This document shows positions 56,952 to 64,000 of a stretch of DNA of 64,000 nt, in pieces. The notes under the pieces are model-generated. The model ran no database searches and was not told where the DNA came from. It was given only the letters and a program-made list of their open reading frames with translations. The position numbers and the translations under genes are program-made. The stretch is from Sporomusaceae bacterium. GTDB taxonomy: Bacteria; Bacillota; Negativicutes; UBA1444. The stretch is from contig JAHDPL010000020.1 of assembly GCA_018434355.1 (NCBI GenBank), positions 182,255 through 246,254 of the forward strand. Direction: 5' to 3'. Each line of letters starts with the position of its first letter. The stretch's first letter is position 1.

Positions 56952-58201
56952 CGCAAACCTCCCAGCGCCGCTTTCACCGCAGCTAGGGTCGGTTCGACAA
57001 AGTTGGGCGAGCCGGCGGCCTTCACCGCGGACTGAATATCTTTCAGGCCATTTCCGGTAACTAGTAGCGCCACTGTTTCATTGCCGCCAAGTATCCCCTG
57101 TGCCACCGCTTTGCGGATGCCAGCCACACCGGCCACACCGGCCGGTTCGCCAAATACGGCCGCTTTGCGGGCCAGCGTCGTGATTGAAACAAGAATTTCC
57201 GCATCCGGCACGCTGATAAACGCCCCGCCGGACTCGACAATTGCCTTCATGCCTTTTTGGAAATTTCGCGGATGACCGACGGCAATCGAATCGGCGATCG
57301 TGTTATCCTCGGTCGGCTCTAGCGGCGCACCGGTTTTCCAGGCAGTCAAAAAAGGCTGGCATCCCTCGGCCTGCACGCCGAGAATTTTCGGCAACCGCGG
57401 CAGGAAGCCGAGCTTGTGCATCTCGACCAACCCTTTCCAGACGCCGCCCACTGTGCAACCGTCGCCGACCGACACCACGACCCAGTCGGGACAGACTCCG
57501 CCGTATTGGCCGCGCAGTTGGTCAACCAACTCCAGCGAGACCGTTTTCTTCCCTTCGATCAAATAGGGATTGATTGCACAATTCCGGTTGTACCAGCCAA
57601 ATTCCGCTGCCGCTTCCATACACAGCTCCCATGCCTGATCATAAGTCCCCTTCACGGCAAAAACCCGGGCGCCAAATACCAGTAGTTGGGCTACCTTGGC
57701 CTGCGGGGCTCGTTCCGGCACAAAAATCGTCGCCGGCAATCCAGCCGCGGCCGAAAATCCAGCCAAAGACGAAGCTGCGTTACCGGTAGACGCGCAGGTG
57801 ATGCTGTTGGCGCCTTTTTCCAGCGCTTTGATTACTCCGAGCGAACTGGCCCGATCTTTAAATGAAGCCGTCGGGTTACGGCCTTCATCTTTGACAAACA
57901 AGCGAGCCACACCTAATTCGTCCGCAAGTCGCGCCGCATCGTACAGCGGCGTCCAGCCGACCTGCAGATGCTGTATTTTTGTTGTATCCTCGATCGGCAA
58001 TAACGGGAGATAGCGCCACATCGAAAAGGTGCGGCTGCCGGACAGCGCAGCCGGGTTGAACACTGTGGCCAAGGCTGCATAGTCGTATTCGACATCCAAA
58101 ATCCCGTCTTCGTAGCCGCAGGCAGGACAATAATAATCCACTTCCGTCACCGCATACTGCCGGTCGCAATGAATGCAGCGCAAGCCTGTCACATAACTCA
58201 A
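56948..58201 (-). CDS. Threonine-synthase-like fold-II PLP enzyme with an N-terminal zinc ribbon
   Basis: Zinc ribbon CIHC-x17-CPAC, followed by a ThrC-like core with the PLP-Lys motif (ASFKDRASS). Overlaps the downstream gene by 4 nt. Confidence 0.7.
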   Translation of the reverse strand: MSYVTGLRCIHCDRQYAVTEVDYYCPACGYEDGILDVEYDYAALATVFNPAALSGSRTFSMWRYLPLLPIEDTTKIQHLQVGWTPLYDAARLADELGVARLFVKDEGRNPTASFKDRASSLGVIKALEKGANSITCASTGNAASSLAGFSAAAGLPATIFVPERAPQAKVAQLLVFGARVFAVKGTYDQAWELCMEAAAEFGWYNRNCAINPYLIEGKKTVSLELVDQLRGQYGGVCPDWVVVSVGDGCTVGGVWKGLVEMHKLGFLPRLPKILGVQAEGCQPFLTAWKTGAPLEPTEDNTIADSIAVGHPRNFQKGMKAIVESGGAFISVPDAEILVSITTLARKAAVFGEPAGVAGVAGIRKAVAQGILGGNETVALLVTGNGLKDIQSAVKAAGSPNFVEPTLAAVKAALGGLR

Positions 58202-58217
58202 CCTGCCACCCCTTTTC

Positions 58218-58949
58218 TTAGTGCCGAATTCGTTTCAGAAATTGTTGGGTCCGTTCCTGCGACGGAGTTTCAAAAATATCCGCCGGGGTACCCTCTTCCA
58301 CAATTACGCCGCCATCCATGAAAATGACGCGGTCGGCCACATCTTTGGCAAACGCCATTTCATGGGTTACGACGACCATCGTCATGCCTTCGGTCGCCAA
58401 ATCTTTCATCACGACCAGTACTTCCCCCACCAACTCCGGGTCCAGAGCCGAGGTTGGTTCGTCAAACAGCAAAATCTTCGGATTCATCGCTAGCGCCCGG
58501 GCGATTGCCACCCGTTGCTGTTGCCCACCGGACAGTTCGCGCGGATAACTGTCTCTTTTATCCGCCAGCCCGACCCGGGTCAATAATTCTTCTCCTATTG
58601 TTTCGGCATCCGCCCTTGACATTCCTTTTACCACCAGCGGCGCTTCGACAATGTTTTCCAACGCCGTTTTGTGGGGAAACAGATTGAACCGCTGAAACAC
58701 CATGCCGATATGAGTTCGCAAGTCGCATAGATCGGTCTGTTCATCGACTTTCTTGCCTTCAAAAAAAATCTCGCCGGACTGGATCGGCTCCAGTTTGTTG
58801 ATACAACGCAGCACAGTGCTTTTACCCGAGCCACTTGGGCCGATGATGACGACTTTCTCACCTTCCAGCAACTGTATGTTGAAATCTTTCAGCACTTCCA
58901 CCGGACCGAATGATTTATAGACGTTCTTCATTTCTACAATATAGTTCAT
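58218..58949 (-). CDS. Polar-amino-acid ABC transporter ATP-binding protein
   Basis: Walker [10 protein letters not shown], the signature [15 protein letters not shown], and Walker [13 protein letters not shown]. Confidence 0.9.
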   Translation of the reverse strand: MNYIVEMKNVYKSFGPVEVLKDFNIQLLEGEKVVIIGPSGSGKSTVLRCINKLEPIQSGEIFFEGKKVDEQTDLCDLRTHIGMVFQRFNLFPHKTALENIVEAPLVVKGMSRADAETIGEELLTRVGLADKRDSYPRELSGGQQQRVAIARALAMNPKILLFDEPTSALDPELVGEVLVVMKDLATEGMTMVVVTHEMAFAKDVADRVIFMDGGVIVEEGTPADIFETPSQERTQQFLKRIRH

Positions 58950-59599
58950 TGTCGCGCCATCTTCCTTTCCAGTCTGTCTGCGATGACCATAAACACCGAG
59001 TTCATGATCAGGTACAGCACCGCTACTGCCGTGTAGACTTCAAAACTGCGGAATGTCGTATAGATGATCTGCTCACCGGTACGGAACAATTCGGTAATCG
59101 TCACCAGCGAAGCGATCGAAGAATTTTTCAACGTCATGATAAATTGATTTACCAGCGGCGGAATACAGATTTTTGTCGCCTGCGGACCGATAATCCGCAC
59201 CATTGCCTGTCGAAAACTCATTCCCACCGACAACGCCGCTTCCATCTGTCCTTTGTCAACTGCCTGGATTCCGGCCCGGATGATTTCGGTAACATAAGCG
59301 CCGGTATTGATTGCCAAGCCCAGTACGCCGGCCACCATGCTCGGCAATTTGATGCCCAGCTGCGGCAGGCCAAAGTAGAGAATAAATAGTTGCACCATCA
59401 CCGGTGTTCCCCGGATGACCCACACATACATAAAAGCGATTGAATTCAGCGCCCGGTTGGAAGAAATTCGGCACAGCGCACCCGCTATGCCGAAGATCAT
59501 TCCCAACAACAGGGCGAAGAAGGAGATTTGAAGGGTGACCACGCACCCTTCAAGCAATATCGGAATCTTCGTCAATACAACTGAAAAGTCGAGATTCAT
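58946..59599 (-). CDS. Polar-amino-acid ABC transporter permease (HisM/GlnP type)
   Basis: 217 aa, five TM segments and an EAA-like loop. Overlaps the ATPase gene by 4 nt. Confidence 0.85.
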   Translation of the reverse strand: MNLDFSVVLTKIPILLEGCVVTLQISFFALLLGMIFGIAGALCRISSNRALNSIAFMYVWVIRGTPVMVQLFILYFGLPQLGIKLPSMVAGVLGLAINTGAYVTEIIRAGIQAVDKGQMEAALSVGMSFRQAMVRIIGPQATKICIPPLVNQFIMTLKNSSIASLVTITELFRTGEQIIYTTFRSFEVYTAVAVLYLIMNSVFMVIADRLERKMARQ

Positions 59600-59623
59600 C
59601 AGCGTTCCCTCTTCCCCAAAACC

Positions 59624-60454
59624 TTATTTCGTTCCGATCAACCATTTCTTATACATTTTCTCCGCTTCGCCGGATTGTTTCAATTCTTTCAGCACAGCAT
59701 TCGTCAGGTCGAGCAGTTCCTTGTCGCCTTTTTTCACGGCGATTCCCAGTTGGGCTTTAGTGAACGGTTCGCCGACAATTTTCACATTCGGGTTGGCTTT
59801 GTTGTATTCCAACTGATTGAGCAAGTCATTGATCGCGGCGTCCAGACGACCATTTTGCAAGTCGAGCAAATAATCAACGGTTTCTTTATAGCTCTTGATT
59901 TCGATCTTGGCGCCTTTTTCTTTCATTTCCTGGGCTACTTTTTCGCTGGTGGCGCCGGTTTTTACACCGACCACTTTTCCGTCGAGGTCCTTGGTGCTTT
60001 TGATCGTGGTGTTATCTTTGCGGACCGCCAACACCATACCGGTATCCATATAGGGGTCGGCAAAGTCTACAACCTCTTTACGAGCCGGGGTGATATACAT
60101 CGCAGCGATCACCAGGTCGGCTTGGCCGTTTTGCAGCGTCGGAATCAGCCCAGTGAACTGCATTTCCTTAATTTCCAGCGGCACGCCGATTTTTTTTGCG
60201 ATGGCTTCGGCGACATCAATATCATAGCCGATGATTTTGTTGGTTTTTTCGTCGTGATATTCAAACGGGCGATAGTTGCCGGTCGCAAGAATTAGTTTGC
60301 CATTTTTCTTGATCTGGTCGATTCGGCTAACCGCCGCCGGTTTGGTCTCGGGTTTTGCTTCCGGTTTGGCCGGAGCGCTGCCGCAACCGGCGGCAACTAG
60401 GGCGAGCATTAACAGGGCGAGCAGCAGAGTCAGGTTTTTTTTCAGCATTTTCAT
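59624..60454 (-). CDS. Amino-acid ABC transporter substrate-binding lipoprotein
   Basis: Start at MKMLKKNLTLLLALLMLALVAAGCGS (lipobox). SBP_bac_3-like. RBS aaagaggga. Confidence 0.8.
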   Translation of the reverse strand: MKMLKKNLTLLLALLMLALVAAGCGSAPAKPEAKPETKPAAVSRIDQIKKNGKLILATGNYRPFEYHDEKTNKIIGYDIDVAEAIAKKIGVPLEIKEMQFTGLIPTLQNGQADLVIAAMYITPARKEVVDFADPYMDTGMVLAVRKDNTTIKSTKDLDGKVVGVKTGATSEKVAQEMKEKGAKIEIKSYKETVDYLLDLQNGRLDAAINDLLNQLEYNKANPNVKIVGEPFTKAQLGIAVKKGDKELLDLTNAVLKELKQSGEAEKMYKKWLIGTK

Positions 60455-60480
60455 TACAATCCCTCTTTCATTTATTTTTA

Positions 60481-60522
60481 TATAACAAAAAAGAGCCCAC
60501 GCATCGTGTGATGCATAGGCTC
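60481..60522 (-). terminator. Intrinsic terminator after the CdsB-like gene
   Basis: Two-tier GC stem gagcc-GCATC-gtgt-GATGC-ggctc, followed in the minus sense by UUUUUUGUU. Confidence 0.65.
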
Positions 60523-60650
60523 CATTGCCATCCGAAGACTGTTCGGGCAAAATCGCTGATATTATATTGCTGTTCTAGACCAAATTGTCTTGTATGGATG
60601 AAAATTTACCACATTCAACAGCAAAAAGCAAGCCGCTTTCCAAAAACTGT

Positions 60651-61952
60651 TCATGATACGGCTGGCGTTTTACTCTTTTCCAACATGATTTCCAGAATCA
60701 CTTTGTCGGTTTCAAGCATGCCCGGGCTGCTTACCATTCCCAAATTACGGATTGAATCATCCGTTGACTGAAAGATAATCCCGTTGCTGTCCGGTACCAG
60801 GACATTTTTCAGCGTCAACAGGGCCGTTTCAACCGCCACGCCGGCCGCTGTAGACAATTTCAGCGCACAGCCAACTTTGCCGCCATCGCAGATCATGCCG
60901 GTCAGATTGGCAATCATGTTTTTAATCGTTCCATCAATCTGTTCGCGACTGCCGCCCAGCATCCAGACAATGGCCGCACTCGCCCCGGTTGCCGCCGCCA
61001 CTGCGCAACCGCATAAGGCGGACAGGCTGCCGGTATAAGTTTTGATGTAAAGCGTCGTCAACGCGCTGATTGCCAGCGCCCGGTGCAACTTTTCCTGCGG
61101 CACGTTCAGTCGTTCCGCCACCGCCACTACCGGCAATATCGCAGTCAGACCATGGTTGCCGCTGCCGGCTACGCTCATCACCGGAACATTTTCGCCTGAC
61201 ATTCTCGCATCCGCCGCTGCTGCGGTGAGGATTTTCGCATACAACACCAGGTCGTCGGTGAGGATCTTTTCATTGATCATATCCTGAAAGTTTGCGCCGA
61301 TCGCCATGCCCAGACGCCCGTTCAACCCCGCCTGCGCTGCCGCCCGATTCATCCGGATGCTCTCGGCAAAAAAGGAAAACTCCTCGTCTGGCATTTCTTC
61401 CACCGCCGCAATTATTCCCGCTAGCGTAACTTCGGCGTTATTCATGATTGCCACGCTTTTTGCCGCGGCAGCAGCCGCTTTGCAGGAAAGGGTCTTTCCA
61501 TCACGCTCCAGCAGGATCAGATTGGTATGGCTACCATCAATTACTGCGCGGGCCGAGCTTGTGACACCGCTGACCTTGACCTCGATATGCAGTCCCTGAT
61601 GATCGTTCAATCGAATGTCGACCTTATCCCCGGCCAGCATCGTATCGGCCATCGTCAGCAATTCCGGCGTAATCCTGCTGAGCACCGACAATTCCAGCGC
61701 CGGTTCCTTGATCAGTGATCCCAAAGCAGCCGCAATCGCCAACCCGACCTTGCCGGTACCGGGAATGCCCACGGCAACTCCATTTTTATAAACGTTAGAA
61801 TCCACAGAGACTTCGACTTTTGTCGGAATCTCAGTCCCTAACGCCTGTCCGGCATAAGCAGCCGCCAGCGCTACAGCTCCTGGTTCAGTGCAACCAAGCG
61901 CCGGCTTGACCCCGGCCTGAATCAACGTAATCACTTCATCACGAAATTTCAT
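60651..61952 (-). CDS. YhaM/CdsB-family (UPF0597) Fe-S L-cysteine-desulfidase-like protein
   Basis: Start at MKFRDEVITLIQAGVKPALGCTEPGAVAL after an AGGAGG RBS. Contains the conserved SVAGSGNHGLTAILP motif. Confidence 0.8.
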   Translation of the reverse strand: MKFRDEVITLIQAGVKPALGCTEPGAVALAAAYAGQALGTEIPTKVEVSVDSNVYKNGVAVGIPGTGKVGLAIAAALGSLIKEPALELSVLSRITPELLTMADTMLAGDKVDIRLNDHQGLHIEVKVSGVTSSARAVIDGSHTNLILLERDGKTLSCKAAAAAAKSVAIMNNAEVTLAGIIAAVEEMPDEEFSFFAESIRMNRAAAQAGLNGRLGMAIGANFQDMINEKILTDDLVLYAKILTAAAADARMSGENVPVMSVAGSGNHGLTAILPVVAVAERLNVPQEKLHRALAISALTTLYIKTYTGSLSALCGCAVAAATGASAAIVWMLGGSREQIDGTIKNMIANLTGMICDGGKVGCALKLSTAAGVAVETALLTLKNVLVPDSNGIIFQSTDDSIRNLGMVSSPGMLETDKVILEIMLEKSKTPAVS

Positions 61953-61991
61953 GTTTTTTCCTCCTGACATGCATACTACATTCTATGCTTT

Positions 61992-62007
61992 TGCAAGATG
62001 CATGCCA
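61992..62007 (-). promoter_or_regulatory. Sigma-54 promoter for the CdsB-like gene
   Basis: Minus strand reads TGGCAT-gcatc-TTGCA, about 40 nt upstream of the start codon. Confidence 0.7.
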
Positions 62008-62056
62008 AAAAAAAGCGGTTGATTCGCTACAAATCAATCGCTTTTTCGTCACAATT

Positions 62057-62130
62057 TCTCATTTTGATTCAGTTGCTTTCTTGTAGTATCGCCAACAGGC
62101 CTAAAAATTAACTATTCTCATTTTGATTCA
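62057..62130. repeat. Two identical 15-mers tctcattttgattca 59 bp apart, plus a third partial copy at 62134-62144. Candidate enhancer sites
   Basis: Direct repeats about 60 and 120 bp upstream of the sigma-54 promoter. The distal copies overlap the last codons of the activator gene. Confidence 0.45.
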
Positions 62131-63950
62131 TCATTCTCATTTTGAGACGAATCAATTGAAATTTTATACTGCTTCAATTTCCGGTACAAAGTTGCCTTGC
62201 TGATTCCCAGCGCCTTAGTCAGTTGGGCTTTGCCGCGCATGCTCAGGCCAAATGTTTCGATTGCGTTCAAGATTGCGTTCTTTTCCAGTTCGGCGATCGT
62301 GAGCAGGCGATTCGGTTGCGCCTCAACCGCCGAACCCGGTCGCGCGGGTTTGCCGGCTATCATTATCCGCGGCGGGATGTGCCGCTGCTCAATAATTTTA
62401 CTGTCCGCAATACTGACCAGATATTCAATTGTATTCTCCAATTCGCGAATATTGCCGGGCCAGTCGTACTCCAGCAGACAAGCGTAAGCTCCGGAATCGA
62501 TGCTCTCGACGTTCTTCGCCATTTTTTCGCGATAACGTGCCAAAAAACGGTCGATCAACAAAGGCAGATCCTGCCGACGATCACGCAGGGCAGGAATCTG
62601 CAATGGAAAAACATTGATCCGATAGTACAGGTCCTGGCGAAACTCACCCTGGCGAACCATCGCCTCGATATCCTTGTGCGTAGCCGCGATAATCCGCACA
62701 TCAATTTCCGTGGTTTGCGTACTACCAACTCTTTCGATCCGTCTTTCCTGCAACACGCGCAAAAGTTTAGCCTGCAATGTCAGCGACATGTCGCCAATTT
62801 CATCAAGAAAGACCGTTCCGCCATCAGCCAGTTCAAATTTTCCGGGTTTGCCGCCGCGTCTGGCGCCGGTAAACGCCCCTTCTTCATAGCCAAACAATTC
62901 GCTTTCCAGCAAGGCTTCGGGAATCGCCGCGCAATTGATTGCAATGATCGGTTTTTCCCGCCTGGCGCTGGCATTGTGAATCGCACGGGCGAACAGCTCC
63001 TTGCCTGTTCCGCTTTCACCCAGTATCAGCACTGTCACGCTGCCGGTCGCCGCCTGCGTAGCTTCCTGTTTCGCCCTGGCCAAAGCAGGGCTTTCGCCAA
63101 GAATCATCTCAAAACTGAAGCAGTGTTCCTGGGTAGACAGATTGGAAACTATTTTTTTTACTTCGGCCATTTCCCGCAAAGTTACGACAGCACCCAAAAC
63201 TTCCGTCCCGCCCAACCAGGTTTTAACGGTTGCTACATAATAAACGCGCTGCCCCCGGATCAAGCGGAACGCTTCCCGATTAAAAACATCATGGCCGGTT
63301 GACAGACTGTCCGCCAACGGCAAGCCGGAAAGCAGAGCAGCCAATTCCTTGCCCATCACCGACTTCTGCGCAACTTGCAACATTTTCGCTGCCGCTGCGT
63401 TGATATTGACGATTCGTCCGTTACGATCTACTGCGACAATTCCTTCCTGCACCGTATCAAACAAGGTCGTCAGTTGCTGCTGGATGGCATGCAGTTGTTC
63501 CAGCCGTTCTCGCCCGGCGATCTTGCCGGCCAACAAATCCGCCATTCGCTGCAAAAAATCAAATAATCCCTCAGGGTTCGCCAAGAGAATCCGATATTGC
63601 GTCTCATCGCAGGCAATCAGAGCAATCACGCCGATCACCTGGCCGTCCAGCATGATCGGGCAACAGACCTCGGCCCGCTCCTCACAGCTTTGTTTGCCTT
63701 CGCAGGTATTGCAGACCTGATGTTCGCGCGGATTCGCAATGATAAATCCGCGGCCTTCCCGCAACACTGCAGCAAAAGCCGAGTCCTTCACCAGGCGGTC
63801 ACCAATTTTTCCCGCATAACGCCCGGTTCCGGCAATGCGATGCAAGCGTTCATCGGCAATCGTCACTTCCACCGTCAGAACACTGGCAATCGCTTCTGCC
63901 ACTTGCTGCACATCGAGTTGGTTCTTGTTCAGAAAGGTATCCTGCAACAT
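62118..63950 (-). CDS. Sigma-54-dependent activator with N-terminal GAF and PAS sensor domains (Fis-family HTH)
   Basis: 610 aa. The sensor has a Cys cluster ([19 protein letters not shown]). AAA+ motifs [14 protein letters not shown] and ESELFGY are present, and the C-terminus carries an HTH ([13 protein letters not shown]). Confidence 0.85.
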   Translation of the reverse strand: MLQDTFLNKNQLDVQQVAEAIASVLTVEVTIADERLHRIAGTGRYAGKIGDRLVKDSAFAAVLREGRGFIIANPREHQVCNTCEGKQSCEERAEVCCPIMLDGQVIGVIALIACDETQYRILLANPEGLFDFLQRMADLLAGKIAGRERLEQLHAIQQQLTTLFDTVQEGIVAVDRNGRIVNINAAAAKMLQVAQKSVMGKELAALLSGLPLADSLSTGHDVFNREAFRLIRGQRVYYVATVKTWLGGTEVLGAVVTLREMAEVKKIVSNLSTQEHCFSFEMILGESPALARAKQEATQAATGSVTVLILGESGTGKELFARAIHNASARREKPIIAINCAAIPEALLESELFGYEEGAFTGARRGGKPGKFELADGGTVFLDEIGDMSLTLQAKLLRVLQERRIERVGSTQTTEIDVRIIAATHKDIEAMVRQGEFRQDLYYRINVFPLQIPALRDRRQDLPLLIDRFLARYREKMAKNVESIDSGAYACLLEYDWPGNIRELENTIEYLVSIADSKIIEQRHIPPRIMIAGKPARPGSAVEAQPNRLLTIAELEKNAILNAIETFGLSMRGKAQLTKALGISKATLYRKLKQYKISIDSSQNENDESK

Positions 63951-64000
63951 GGTTTCCCTTATGCTCCCTTGTTAAAAAATCACGAGTCAGGCTTTTTCCA

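Overview
Gene-dense chromosomal segment with about 57% GC and strong AGGAGG-type ribosome-binding sites (Firmicutes-like). Almost every gene is on the minus strand, and no rRNA, tRNA, CRISPR array or mobile element was recognised. Many ORFs in the supplied track are extended too far upstream, apparently to upstream GTG/TTG codons; starts below were re-placed on the first Met or GTG that has an RBS.

Layout, from left to right:
- (a) 1-4.0 kb: a partial GNAT/AMP-ligase fusion, a MATE efflux pump and a secreted zinc phospholipase-C-like protein.
- (b) 4.1-13.1 kb: a dicarboxylate module containing sdhCAB/frd, a two-subunit class I fumarase, a DASS anion transporter, a divergent LysR regulator and a LeuC/LeuD-like dehydratase pair. 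The dehydratase pair is driven by a near-consensus sigma-54 promoter.
- (c) 13.3-24.7 kb: a divergent PrpR-type sigma-54 activator and a LarA-like (nickel-pincer) racemase, followed by ordinary genes (tcdA, paaI thioesterase, EamA, pheA, class-3 lipase, PAS-GGDEF-HD-GYP, Fe-ADH, a soluble MCP).
- (d) 24.7-45.2 kb: the main find. This is a complete Eubacterium barkeri-type anaerobic nicotinate-fermentation cluster. It encodes ndhFSLM, hnr, enamidase, hgd, hmd, B12-dependent 2-methyleneglutarate mutase with a GlmL-like reactivase, methylitaconate isomerase, dimethylmalate dehydratase dmdAB and dimethylmalate lyase. A perfect sigma-54 promoter sits upstream of ndhF, next to a sigma-54 activator. 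Extra uncharacterised members are an ApbE-superfamily protein beside hnr, a PfoR/EIIC-like permease and a DUF protein.
- (e) 45.3-52.4 kb: an ECF S-component, pdxK, a divergent MocR/PdxR-like regulator, a HIT/GalT-like protein and a SWIM-SNF2 helicase. The helicase is preceded by four DnaA-box-like motifs at 11-bp spacing.
- (f) 52.7-63.9 kb: a second, apparently undescribed sigma-54-controlled module. It has a CdsB/YhaM-like cysteine desulfidase under its own sigma-54 promoter with 15-mer direct repeats. Downstream is an amino-acid ABC transporter operon fused to four enzymes: ThrC-like, D-aminoacylase-like, YgeY-type M20 and a fold-II PLP enzyme. A GAF/PAS sigma-54 activator flanks it.
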